Virus record (IMG/VR): IMGVR_UViG_3300033475_000061
Span: 1-43,234 of that record
Strand: one strand, 5' to 3'
DNA from: a virus
Lineage: Duplodnaviria > Caudoviricetes
DNA length: 43,234 bases
The position numbers were made by a program, and so were the translations under genes. Below are positions 8,638-16,890 of this stretch, piece by piece. Under the pieces are notes generated by a model. It saw only the letters and a list, made by a program, of their open reading frames with translations. It was not told the DNA's origin and did no database searches. Positions within the stretch are counted from its first letter, which is position 1; every line of letters starts with the position of its first letter.

Positions 8638-8650
8638 TGCTCACCGTCCA
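8260..8650. repeat. 17-bp direct repeat TCACTGCTCACCGTCCA at 8260-8276 and 8634-8650
   Basis: Exact copies; both genes ending there finish with DGEQ-stop. Confidence 0.9.
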
Positions 8651-9602
8651 GTTCCGGCTCGGCCGTCTCTGGCGCCGCCATCAGCGTGTCGATGACGCTC
8701 ATCGCGTCCGCCTTGGACAGGTCCTTCGTGGACTCGACGTCCCGCCCGAGGATCAGCGAGATCTGCGCGAGCCCGGCCTCCCGGTCGGTCAGGTCCCGCT
8801 CGCGCAGCAGGGCGTGCAGCTTGCGCTGCTGCGCGGTGGTGATGGGCTCGGCGGGCTCCGGTGCCTGCGGCTGCGGCTCGGCGGCCACGGGCTCGTCGTC
8901 GAGCGGCGGCTCCTCCGGTGCGGCGGGAATCGCCGCTGCGGCGCGCCGTGGCGGCTTCACCGTCCGGGCGCCGGATTCCGGCGCCGCGATGGTGTCCTGG
9001 ATCTCCTCCACCGAGGCGATGCCCATCAGCGCATCCGGCGCCACCCGATCACACACCCGGCCGGCCGCGCGCGCCCAGAGCATGTCCTGCGGGGTCTTAG
9101 CATAGTTGTCGTTGCGGGTCCAGCCGGCCTTGCGGGCCTGGTCCATCGTGACGGTGATCCGCTCGATCTGCTGGCTGCCCCGGCGTCGTCCGGCCACGAC
9201 GGCGCGGGTGTCGGTCAGATCCTCCGTCCACACCTCGTGGCCCTTGGACTGCAACAGCGCCACCTTGATCTTCGCGTACATGCCGGGCCTGCCGTGCACG
9301 ACGTAGATCTGTTGCAGCGCGGTCATCGGATCCAGGCCGAGCGTGATGCCCTGCAACACGGCGGCGGTGGCGTTGGCGATGGCGGTCGCCCGGGCCTCGG
9401 CCTTCTCTTCCGGCGTCGCCCGCGGGTCGACCTTGGGCTTGTAGGCGTCCGGTATGAACGCGGTACCCACCAGCGGGGCGACGAGTCGGTGGGCGTGGCC
9501 GGCGGCCTCGACCCATTCGCCGAGGCGGGCCAGGGCGTCGGACGGCGCGCCGAACGCGACCAGGTCGGCGCCCGACTGGGGGATGGCGATGTCGGTGGTC
9601 AT
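8634..9602 (-). CDS. RecT-like ssDNA annealing protein
   Basis: LGLDPMTALQQIYVVHGRPGM...ARKAGW...P.DML.ARA; Pro-rich linker; follows the exonuclease gene. Confidence 0.75.
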   Translation of the reverse strand: MTTDIAIPQSGADLVAFGAPSDALARLGEWVEAAGHAHRLVAPLVGTAFIPDAYKPKVDPRATPEEKAEARATAIANATAAVLQGITLGLDPMTALQQIYVVHGRPGMYAKIKVALLQSKGHEVWTEDLTDTRAVVAGRRRGSQQIERITVTMDQARKAGWTRNDNYAKTPQDMLWARAAGRVCDRVAPDALMGIASVEEIQDTIAAPESGARTVKPPRRAAAAIPAAPEEPPLDDEPVAAEPQPQAPEPAEPITTAQQRKLHALLRERDLTDREAGLAQISLILGRDVESTKDLSKADAMSVIDTLMAAPETAEPELDGEQ

Positions 9603-10402
9603 TGCTGCTCCCTGACGAGTCGGAACGTGCTGGTCGACGGCGGCATGATCGGGCCGCCGATGAGGTCGCGGGAGCGGGCGGTGAACTGGCCGACGCGCAT
9701 CGCGTACAGGAAGTCCTTGTGCTCCTGCTCGCCGGCCTCGACGGGCACCAGGTCGTACCCGTCGGCACGCACGTGGATACCGGCGCAGTACTCGACCTCG
9801 GGCGGGTCGATCTCCTGACCGTCCACAATCCACTTGTCGGCGTACCGGTAGGCGGCCAACTGCAGCGCCGTCTCACCGAAGATGCCTGACCGGGTGGTCT
9901 TGAGGTCCATCAGCAGCAGCGTCGGGCCGCGCTCGGGTACCCGCACGCGGGCGCACAGGTCCGCAGTGCCGGCGTACCCCCAGCGGTAGGAGACGCACGA
10001 GAACTCGACGTGTAGTGGCTGGACCTCGAACTCCTCCATGAACTTGGCGTACGCCTCGACGTGGCCGGCGATGTCGTCGCCGACCTGCACGGCTTTGCCG
10101 GCCAGCAGTTGCTCGGCGGCGCGGTGGACCTCGGTGCCGCGACGCGCGGCGGTGTCCTTGGCCTCGTACCGGGCACCCTGCAGCACCTTGAGTCGGGCGG
10201 CCGGGCCGAGCGCGCCAAGCTCCTCCCACCGGTCGACGGCGGCCTCGGCGGTCGTGTTCGCGGCCCAGTTGATGAGGGCCGGCTTGGGTACGCCGTCGCC
10301 GATGATGGTGGTAACGCCGGGCACGCGGGCACCGGCGGCGTCCTTGTAGTAGTGGCCCTTGGCGGTCTCGACCCGCCGGATCGGTGGCGTGAAGCGGCTC
10401 AC
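9599..10402 (-). CDS. PD-(D/E)xK exonuclease (RecE/Cas4-like)
   Basis: PGVTTII, RGTEVH, YAGTADL, DLKT, QLAAY motifs. Confidence 0.85.
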   Translation of the reverse strand: MSRFTPPIRRVETAKGHYYKDAAGARVPGVTTIIGDGVPKPALINWAANTTAEAAVDRWEELGALGPAARLKVLQGARYEAKDTAARRGTEVHRAAEQLLAGKAVQVGDDIAGHVEAYAKFMEEFEVQPLHVEFSCVSYRWGYAGTADLCARVRVPERGPTLLLMDLKTTRSGIFGETALQLAAYRYADKWIVDGQEIDPPEVEYCAGIHVRADGYDLVPVEAGEQEHKDFLYAMRVGQFTARSRDLIGGPIMPPSTSTFRLVREQQ

Positions 10403-10776
10403 CGGTCATCTCCCGTCTTCTCGGTCTCCATCTGCCCGCCGGGGTTGCACGCGTCCGCCGGGCAGCCGTGCAGGCATGACCCGCAGGCCACGTCCGCGCA
10501 GTACCCGCCGGTGTCGTCGGCGGCGCACTGCGCCGGGTCGCACCGGCAGTACGCGCACCGGGCCGAGGTGCAGGCCACGCGTTGCAGTACCAGCTCGTAC
10601 CCCAGCTCGTGCGCCCAGTCGATGACGGAGGTCACCAGCGGAATGTGCGAACCGCGCTCCCAGACCGACACGCTCGTCGCGGCCGCGCCGATGGCCCGAG
10701 CGACGCTGCGGGCGCTGAGCCTGCGTGCCTCGCGGACCGCCCGCAGCGCCGTGATGATCTCGCCCCAGGTGCTCAT
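10399..10776 (-). CDS. XRE-family HTH protein with Cys-rich C-terminal domain
   Basis: LRAVREARRLSARSVARAIG...VSVWERG; 10 Cys in the C-terminal part. Confidence 0.8.
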   Translation of the reverse strand: MSTWGEIITALRAVREARRLSARSVARAIGAAATSVSVWERGSHIPLVTSVIDWAHELGYELVLQRVACTSARCAYCRCDPAQCAADDTGGYCADVACGSCLHGCPADACNPGGQMETEKTGDDR

Positions 10777-10979
10777 CTGGCCATCTCGTGCTCGGCGTGC
10801 AGCAGCACGAACCGGTCTCGGTCGTCGGTGAACGTCAGGTCTTCCAGGCGCCAGTTGGCGCGGTCGGCCAGGTTGGCCAGCGGCGCGGGCAGGGCGTGCA
10901 CGACGAGGTAGATCTCGTCCCGGCCGCGACCGCACGCGGTGTGCCGGGCCAGGAGCAGCAGTAGGCGCCAGACGCTCAC
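10773..10979 (-). CDS. Hypothetical protein
   Basis: 68 aa; GGAGG RBS; overlaps neighbours. Confidence 0.6.
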   Translation of the reverse strand: MSVWRLLLLLARHTACGRGRDEIYLVVHALPAPLANLADRANWRLEDLTFTDDRDRFVLLHAEHEMAR

Positions 10980-11452
10980 GCCCCCACCTCCGCGAGCATC
11001 GCGTCCAGCTCGGCCCGGTCGATCTGCCCGGTGTCCTCGACAGAGGACGCCAGGCGCATCCGGGTCCGCGCGTCGATGCCGAGCCGGTCATACCAGCCCG
11101 ACCAGAGGTGCTCGACGTCGTGGCGGAAGTCGTCTTCGAGGCGGTTCAGCTCGCGGTGGACGTCCAGCGCCCACTCGCCGGTGTCCCAGTCCGGCGCGGG
11201 CTCCCGGCTCGGCGCGGCCTGGCCGACCTCGGCGGCGGGCGACCAGCGCTCGGTCGCCCCGACGTGCGCAGGCTCACGCTGGACCACCTGCCGCACCAGG
11301 CGCAGCAGCACACCCCGCGCGGTGGCAGCCGGCGAGGGAGGCTCCTGGGTGGCCTCGCGCGGCCGGGCCGCGCGGCGCAGGATAGCGATGCCGGCCAGGG
11401 CCAGGATGCCGGCGGCCAGCGCGAGCAGGGTGACGGACAGGGCCTCACGCAT
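10976..11452 (-). CDS. Membrane-anchored hypothetical protein
   Basis: N-terminal hydrophobic helix. Confidence 0.7.
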   Translation of the reverse strand: MREALSVTLLALAAGILALAGIAILRRAARPREATQEPPSPAATARGVLLRLVRQVVQREPAHVGATERWSPAAEVGQAAPSREPAPDWDTGEWALDVHRELNRLEDDFRHDVEHLWSGWYDRLGIDARTRMRLASSVEDTGQIDRAELDAMLAEVGA

Positions 11453-11648
11453 CGGGGGTCACCGCCAGATCTACGTCCGGGGCGAAGTCGGGGACGTTCA
11501 CGGTCAGGTCTCCAACGACCCGGCCCCAGCCGTCGGGGAAGTTGAGGTTGATGCCGATGGCGACCTCGTCGATGCGCAGTTGCGGGCGGCGGGCGGCGCG
11601 GATCTTCCGATCGGCACCGATCACGAGAAAGACCCGTTCGGTGGTCAC
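11445..11648 (-). CDS. Hypothetical protein
   Basis: VTTERVFLVIGADRKIR...; GGAGAG RBS; GTGA overlap. Confidence 0.65.
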   Translation of the reverse strand: MTTERVFLVIGADRKIRAARRPQLRIDEVAIGINLNFPDGWGRVVGDLTVNVPDFAPDVDLAVTPDA

Positions 11649-11920
11649 GATGCACTCTCCGAGGTGAGGTAGTAGTGGGCGTACCGCGCGTACGCGGCAT
11701 CCACTGTGGACGTGGCTTCGGCGAGCGCCTGCTCGCCGTGGTGGCGGCGCTGCTGCGGGCTGAGCCCGAGCACGGCGATGGCCTGCCCGGCGTGGGCGTC
11801 GACCGGGTCGCGGTGCAGGTACCGCAGCGCGCCGCCCACGGAGGCGGCCACCGCCACGGCGACCAGCACGGCGACGCTGAGGCCGGCCATCACCAACTCG
11901 GCGATGTCGACGGCGGTCAT
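11645..11920 (-). CDS. Membrane-anchored hypothetical protein
   Basis: LVMAGLSVAVLVAVAVAASVGGAL. Confidence 0.65.
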   Translation of the reverse strand: MTAVDIAELVMAGLSVAVLVAVAVAASVGGALRYLHRDPVDAHAGQAIAVLGLSPQQRRHHGEQALAEATSTVDAAYARYAHYYLTSESAS

Positions 11921-12198
11921 GCGGCACGCTCCGCGCCGATGTGTGCGATCAACTGCCTGGGCTCGCGCCGGCCGCCGATGCCGAAGGCCAACTCGGTGTG
12001 GTCCTGACATGGCGGCGAGGCGTGGACCGCGTCGAACCCGGCCAGTGGATAGGTCATGGCGTCGGCCTGGATGAACCGGAACGGGTAGTGCGGTTGCGCC
12101 TGAATGTCCACGCCGACCACGTCGAAGCCGGCGCGGTGGTATCCCATCGCCGCGCCGCCGGCGCCACAGAACAGATCCAGCAGTACCGGCCGGCTCAC
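11917..12198 (-). pseudogene. C5 cytosine DNA methyltransferase, internally deleted (93 aa)
   Basis: Motif I LDLFCGAGG and motif IV HASPPCQ present; ENV and later motifs absent. Confidence 0.8.
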
Positions 12199-12578
12199 GT
12201 CACCCTCCGTCCCGGCCCGGCGCCCAGCGCGTACCCGTCCCCGGCGGCCCGGGTCGGGGCGTGCGCGTCGCGCAGGTCCTCGTCGGTCGACTCGCGTGGT
12301 AGCCGCCGCAGCAGGCCCAGCAGCGGCACGTGCAGCGCCTGGATCGCGGCGGCGTACATCAGCGCGCGGTCACGGTGGTAGGCGGCGTCGGCCTGTGCCT
12401 GGCGCCGGTCGGGGTCGGCGGATGCCCGTACGAGCGCGTCGACGCGGCCGCGGGCGTCGTTGGCGCCCACGAGGTACTGGGCGGTGACGGCGGCGAAGTC
12501 CGCCTCGGCGTGCTCGAATGCGGCGACGGAGCCCAGCATCTCGCCCCGGAGGCGGCGCACGAGCTCGGCGGCGCTCAC
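12195..12578 (-). CDS. Hypothetical protein
   Basis: 127 aa; GTGA overlaps. Confidence 0.6.
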   Translation of the reverse strand: MSAAELVRRLRGEMLGSVAAFEHAEADFAAVTAQYLVGANDARGRVDALVRASADPDRRQAQADAAYHRDRALMYAAAIQALHVPLLGLLRRLPRESTDEDLRDAHAPTRAAGDGYALGAGPGRRVT

Positions 12579-12670
12579 CGCGCACCCCCGGTCTGCGCCT
12601 GGTACACCCACAGCGCCACGGCGATCAGCGCGATCAGCGCGATGACGACGGCGCGCACCGCCGGGCTCAC
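12575..12670 (-). CDS. 31-aa membrane peptide
   Basis: VSPAVRAVVIALIALIAVALWVYQAQTGGAR fills the gap with GTGA overlaps. Confidence 0.55.
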   Translation of the reverse strand: MSPAVRAVVIALIALIAVALWVYQAQTGGAR

Positions 12671-12858
12671 CGGGCCACCGCCCGGCGCCGCCAGGTCGCC
12701 TCGTCGAGGACCCGCACGCGCTCCTTGCCGCGCCAGGGCGTGCTGCACCCGAGTTCGGCGTCGAACGCCAACAGCGCGCGCTCGCGGCTGAGCATCGGCC
12801 CCTCGCGGTCGATGCCGTCGGGGGAGGTGCAGACGAGCCGGTACAGGGTCTCGGTCAT
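12667..12858 (-). CDS. Hypothetical protein
   Basis: MTETLYRLVCTSPDG...; ATGA overlap. Confidence 0.6.
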   Translation of the reverse strand: MTETLYRLVCTSPDGIDREGPMLSRERALLAFDAELGCSTPWRGKERVRVLDEATWRRRAVAR

Positions 12859-13199
12859 GACATCACCGCCGGGCACGTCTGCGCGCGGTGGATCTGGCGC
12901 ATCGTGCGGCTGCCCGCGTGCTCGTCGCAGCGGACCCGGTCGGAGTCGACGAGCCCGCACGGCGCCTTGCCGCACCGGCAGTCGGCCTCGAGCGCGGTAC
13001 CGGACCAGGCGCGGCCGATGTGCAGGCCGCCGACCTGCGCCGGGCCGACCGGCGCGCGGTGCCGGCCGATGTAGTCCGGCGCCAGGCTCACCCAGCCCTG
13101 GTCGTCGGTGACGACCGGCTCCGCCTTGATCACCGGCCAGCCGGTGCGGTCCCGCTCCTGGTGGCGCGGCACGTACCGCCGCCACGTCGGGGCGGTCAC
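12855..13199 (-). CDS. Cys/His-rich hypothetical protein
   Basis: CRCGKAPCGLV...CDEH...H...CP. Confidence 0.65.
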   Translation of the reverse strand: MTAPTWRRYVPRHQERDRTGWPVIKAEPVVTDDQGWVSLAPDYIGRHRAPVGPAQVGGLHIGRAWSGTALEADCRCGKAPCGLVDSDRVRCDEHAGSRTMRQIHRAQTCPAVMS

Positions 13200-13300
13200 G
13201 ACGTCCACCGCCCGGCGCAGATCACGGCGACGGTCAGGATCACCAGGCCGATCAGCAGCCACGCCACCGCCCCGCCGCGCGGGTCATCCGGGTGCGTCAC
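13196..13300 (-). CDS. 34-aa membrane peptide
   Basis: AVAWLLIGLVILTVAVICAG; GAGG RBS. Confidence 0.55.
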   Translation of the reverse strand: MTHPDDPRGGAVAWLLIGLVILTVAVICAGRWTS

Positions 13301-13746
13301 GGGGTCACCTCGGCGGGCCGCTGGTCGAGCACGGAGCCGCAGACCCACTCGACGGTCTCCACCGTCTCGGTGACCGTGACCTTCGGCACGGCGGCCAGCG
13401 CCTGCGGGTCGGGTACCTCGCGGGTCACCTCGGTGGTGCCGGTGACGACCCGCTCGCACACGTCGCTGCGGACGCAGAGCACCTCGAAGGCCAAGCCACG
13501 CAGGTTGCCGGTCAGGCGGAACAGCTCACCCGAGGCACCCGCGGCCGCCTTCTGCTTCTTGCCGGGCAACACCCGCGCCCACGCGGCGAGCTGCTCGCGC
13601 TGCTCGTCGGCGTCGCCGGGGATCACCTCAAGCGGAGCGTGTGCGCCGCGGTACGGGAGCATTAGCTCGGGGTGTTCCTCAAGGATGTCCGCGAGCTCGC
13701 GTAGCCCGGCGATGTACTCGGCGCGCTCGTTGGTAACGTCTTGCAT
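13297..13746 (-). CDS. Hypothetical protein
   Basis: 149 aa; strong AGGAGG RBS. Confidence 0.8.
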   Translation of the reverse strand: MQDVTNERAEYIAGLRELADILEEHPELMLPYRGAHAPLEVIPGDADEQREQLAAWARVLPGKKQKAAAGASGELFRLTGNLRGLAFEVLCVRSDVCERVVTGTTEVTREVPDPQALAAVPKVTVTETVETVEWVCGSVLDQRPAEVTP

Positions 13747-13778
13747 GACACTGACCTCCTAGTTGGGTCTGGGTCGCT

Positions 13779-13941
13779 GGGTCCCGGCGGTCACTCGCCG
13801 GGGCCCTCCTTACGTCTTGGCCCGGCCCGGGGTGGTGGAGAGAGGCGGGGACTGGTGTCCCACCCCGGGCCGGGGGCTTAGCGGGAGACCGCCCCCACCC
13901 CGGACAGGCGGTCTCCCGGTCCCCGCACCCCTGCGGGGACC
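13779..13941. other. Four consecutive GC-rich stem-loops
   Basis: Stems 13779-13789/13796-13806, 13821-13835/13860-13874 (15 bp perfect), 13882-13893/13907-13918, 13918-13927/13932-13941. Confidence 0.75.
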
Positions 13942-14198
13942 TCCCGGCTGTCGCGCGCCCATGGCGGCGCCGGCCAGGAGTAGGGCCCGGCGGCGCTCGG
14001 CGCGCCCGACCCGACGCGCCCCCTTCCGGGACCGCGCTGGGGCGCGGGAGCAGCCGCCGGGAGCTTGAGTGCGAGCAGCATCGGGGCGCAGGTGAGCAGG
14101 TGCGTCCACGGCGAGGCGAGCGCGAGGGCGCCGGTGATGGTGGCGGCGAGAGCCAGCCGGCCGTACGCGGTGGCCCAGAGGGCGCGCAGGGCGCTCAC
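13878..14198 (-). CDS. Membrane protein
   Basis: Hydrophobic N-terminal half; GTGA overlap. Confidence 0.5.
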   Translation of the reverse strand: MSALRALWATAYGRLALAATITGALALASPWTHLLTCAPMLLALKLPAAAPAPQRGPGRGRVGSGAPSAAGPYSWPAPPWARDSREVPAGVRGPGDRLSGVGAVSR

Positions 14199-14644
14199 GA
14201 TGCACCGTCCCGGCCGTACTCGCGGTACGCCTTGCGCAGCGCGCGCCGACGCTGGCGCGGGGTGAGCTGGCTGCCGCCGCGCTGGTGCAGGTAGACCGTG
14301 AGCCGCCGCTCGTAGGTCAACGGCGTCGCGTGGGTGCTCACGCCGGTGCCCGGGTGGTACGCCGGGCCACCGCCGGCCATCGCCGGCCAGAGCTGGTCCA
14401 CGCTCACCGCCCGGGCGGCGTGGTCGGGCCGGGAGCCCTGCGCCGGGTCGTGCTCCAGGGCCGCAACGGCTCGAAGGAGGGCAGGCATACCGCACCGGCA
14501 GGACTGCGGATGGTCGTCGGCGGCGGCGAGGTACTGCTGGGCCTTCGCCTCGCGGCGCGCCACCAGGCGGTCGCTGGGCAGTGTGCGCCGCGCGATCGGC
14601 CGGTGCTTGTTGGCCCGGGAGCCGGCCAGGGCGCGGGCGCTCAC
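14195..14644 (-). CDS. Hypothetical basic protein
   Basis: 149 aa; HPQSCRC; LTPRQRRR; GTGA overlaps. Confidence 0.6.
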   Translation of the reverse strand: MSARALAGSRANKHRPIARRTLPSDRLVARREAKAQQYLAAADDHPQSCRCGMPALLRAVAALEHDPAQGSRPDHAARAVSVDQLWPAMAGGGPAYHPGTGVSTHATPLTYERRLTVYLHQRGGSQLTPRQRRRALRKAYREYGRDGAS

Positions 14645-14880
14645 GACGCACTCCGGGCCAGGCGCAGGAGGCAGGTCAGAGTCAGGGCGACGACCAGATC
14701 CGGGGTCGAGACGCACTGCAGGACCAGGTAGTCGCCGAACCTTTCGAGCGCCGCGTCTTCACCGGTCCGCTCGATCAGGTCACGGAAGTTGGCGATCCAC
14801 TCATCGAGGCGGTGCGTGGCGGCGACCAGCAACTCCTCCGGACTCAGTGCGGCGGCCTCCGCCGGGGTCAGCGCGCTCAT
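14641..14880 (-). CDS. Hypothetical protein
   Basis: MSALTPAEAAAL...; AGGAGG RBS. Confidence 0.7.
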   Translation of the reverse strand: MSALTPAEAAALSPEELLVAATHRLDEWIANFRDLIERTGEDAALERFGDYLVLQCVSTPDLVVALTLTCLLRLARSAS

Positions 14881-15038
14881 CGGGTACCTCCTACGCGGGG
14901 TCGCGACCGGCGCGGGGTCAGGCCGTCGCGGGGCGGGCGTCCACCCCGGTCGCCGGTGGCGGGCGGTCGGCTGTCGCGCGGGCCGGTACCGGCGGCGCCG
15001 CCGGTCAGCGGGTTGTCCGAGCGCGGCGGGCGGCTCAT
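14877..15038 (-). CDS. Small Pro/Arg/Gly-rich ORF
   Basis: 53 aa; ATGA overlaps at both ends. Confidence 0.35.
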   Translation of the reverse strand: MSRPPRSDNPLTGGAAGTGPRDSRPPATGDRGGRPPRDGLTPRRSRPRVGGTR

Positions 15039-15253
15039 GAGATGCCGCCGAGCTGAGCCAGGCGCCCGATCGCCGCATCACGGCCGGCGACGAGCTCGTA
15101 CTGGTACGGGCCGGCGCTGGGCAGGTCCAGCGACCGCTTGTCGATCAGCCACCAGTCGCCGGCGACCCACGGCGTGGGTACGGCGGCGGCGAGCAGCCGG
15201 TCGGCGTCGTGCAGCCCGATGCTGTGCCGGCCGGCGTCGATCGTGGGGGTCAT
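15035..15253 (-). CDS. Hypothetical protein
   Basis: 72 aa; ATGA overlap. Confidence 0.6.
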   Translation of the reverse strand: MTPTIDAGRHSIGLHDADRLLAAAVPTPWVAGDWWLIDKRSLDLPSAGPYQYELVAGRDAAIGRLAQLGGIS

Positions 15254-15456
15254 GCCGCACCCCGTGCTTCCACGGGCTGGGCGATCGCGTCGATGTCCTC
15301 GACGCGGAAGAGGTACCGGCCCGACGGCAGCCGGGCGGCGGCGATCTTGCCCGTGCGGGCCCAGTCGCGGACAGTCTCCTCAACGACGACGACACCCGCC
15401 GCAGCAAGCCTCTCCACGACCTGGGAAGGCGTGAGAAGCGGGGTAGGCTGTGTCAT
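15250..15456 (-). CDS. Cro/excisionase-like HTH protein
   Basis: LLTPSQV...ETVRDWARTGKIAAARLPSGRYLFRVEDI; divergent from the repressor. Confidence 0.85.
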   Translation of the reverse strand: MTQPTPLLTPSQVVERLAAAGVVVVEETVRDWARTGKIAAARLPSGRYLFRVEDIDAIAQPVEARGAA

Positions 15457-15499
15457 ACACAGAACCGTAGGCCGGCCAAGCGACCTGTGTCAAGCACAG
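15448..15499. promoter_or_regulatory. Two palindromic operators (CTGTG-N5-CACAG) overlapping the early lytic promoter
   Basis: CTGTGTCATACACAG 15448-15462 and CTGTGTCAAGCACAG 15485-15499; minus-strand TTGACA (15493-15488)-N18-TACGGT (15469-15464). Confidence 0.8.
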
Positions 15500-15549
15500 C
15501 TTGGCTGTGATGTCTGGCGATCCTGTGGTTACCCGGCTAGCCTGTGCCT

Positions 15550-16020
15550 ATGACCACTTCGCAGGCGGAGCGCAGCTCCACCGGATGGACAGCGGACGAC
15601 AGCACCTTCGGTGCGCGGCTCGCACTGGTCAGGCAGCGGATGTCCTGGGGAAACGTCAAAGAGGCGGCGACGGTGTGCGGCATCGCGCCGGAGTCGTGGC
15701 GGACGTGGGAGCGCGATGACGTGCTGCCCCGCCGCATCGTCGAGATCTCCTCGCTGATCGCGCTGAAGACCGGATGCGACCGGATGTGGCTACTCACCGG
15801 CGAGCGTGCCGGCCGGCCGATCGGAGATACCCGAGGGTATCCCCGCGGCGGCAAGGGGGGGAGCCGCAGGCGCCCGGGCGGACCCGGTACGCGAGAGATT
15901 CTCAGGCGCCGGGATGGGTTGATCGGCGTCGATCAGCATCCGAAGGGACGATCTGAGCCCTCGGGTACCGGTCCGGACCTCCGCCGCCCGGCCGTCCTGC
16001 CCCGACCGGTCGCGGCCTGA
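15550..16020 (+). CDS. Immunity repressor (XRE HTH) with long low-complexity tail ending VAA
   Basis: FGARLALVRQRMSWGNVKEAATVCGIAPESWRTWE...WLLTG; TAGCCT -10 at 15538 suggests a leaderless mRNA. Confidence 0.85.
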   Translation: MTTSQAERSSTGWTADDSTFGARLALVRQRMSWGNVKEAATVCGIAPESWRTWERDDVLPRRIVEISSLIALKTGCDRMWLLTGERAGRPIGDTRGYPRGGKGGSRRRPGGPGTREILRRRDGLIGVDQHPKGRSEPSGTGPDLRRPAVLPRPVAA

Positions 16021-16074
16021 TTGCGGACCGGTGACCCATTGGCTACCGATCGCGATCAGTCCGAGGGTGGATCA

Positions 16075-16890
16075 ATGATCCCCGCCCCGGAACAGATCAT
16101 CGAGGCTCATCTCAGGGAGATGACCGCCGGCGGCTACGCCGTCAACACCATCGAGGACGCCCGCCGCGTCCTGCTCGCCGCGCAGAGCGAGCTACCCGCC
16201 GGACTGCCCACTGCCGCCACCGACGAGCTGGTCGACTGGCTCGCCCGCGACGGCTGGTCGGTACAGACCCGCGCCACCTATCGCCAGCACCTGCGGCGGT
16301 TCTTTCTCTGGGCCACCGCGAACCAGTGGATCAGTTGGGACCCGTCCAGCACCCTGCGCCGCCCGCGGGTCCCCATCGGCCTGCCGCACCCCGCCACCGA
16401 CCAGGAGGTGCACCTGGCGACCACCCGCGCCGACCTGCCGCACCGACTGTCCTGCCGGCTGGCTGCGTACGCCGGGCTGCGCTGCTGCGAGATCGCCGCG
16501 CTGCGCCGCGAGGACATCACGGCGGAGACGATGCGTGTGCTCGGCAAGGGTGGCAAGGAGGCGGTCGTGCCCACGCACCCGCGCATCTGGGAGCTCGTCA
16601 CCGAGGTGCCGCCGGGGCCGCTGATCTGCTGGCGCGGCGGCCCGGTCGTCGCGCACTGGGTCACCCAGCGCACCACGTACCACCTGCGTACGAAGCTGGA
16701 CGTCTGGGCCACGATGCACGAGTTCCGGCATTGGTTCGGCACGATGATCCAGCGCACGTACCACGATTCCCGGGTCACTCAGCAGCTCATGCGGCACGCG
16801 TCGCTGACGTCGACCCAGGTCTACACGCTGATCACCGACGACCAGGCGCGGCGCGCCGTGCTCGGCCTGCCGGACGTCAGCGGTCGATGA
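16075..16890 (+). CDS. int: Tyrosine integrase without arm-binding domain
   Basis: AGLRCCE (R), GKGGK (K), HEFRH, MRHASLTSTQVY (H, Y); 271 aa. Confidence 0.92.
   Translation: MIPAPEQIIEAHLREMTAGGYAVNTIEDARRVLLAAQSELPAGLPTAATDELVDWLARDGWSVQTRATYRQHLRRFFLWATANQWISWDPSSTLRRPRVPIGLPHPATDQEVHLATTRADLPHRLSCRLAAYAGLRCCEIAALRREDITAETMRVLGKGGKEAVVPTHPRIWELVTEVPPGPLICWRGGPVVAHWVTQRTTYHLRTKLDVWATMHEFRHWFGTMIQRTYHDSRVTQQLMRHASLTSTQVYTLITDDQARRAVLGLPDVSGR

Noticed and set aside
6235-9818. Long + strand ORFs (576, 413 and 701 aa)
   Set aside because: Antisense shadows of well-supported minus-strand genes in high-GC DNA, with no motifs
9599-10402. Cas4 as evidence of a CRISPR system
   Set aside because: It is paired with a RecT-like gene, lacks the Fe-S cysteines and is an ordinary phage recombination nuclease
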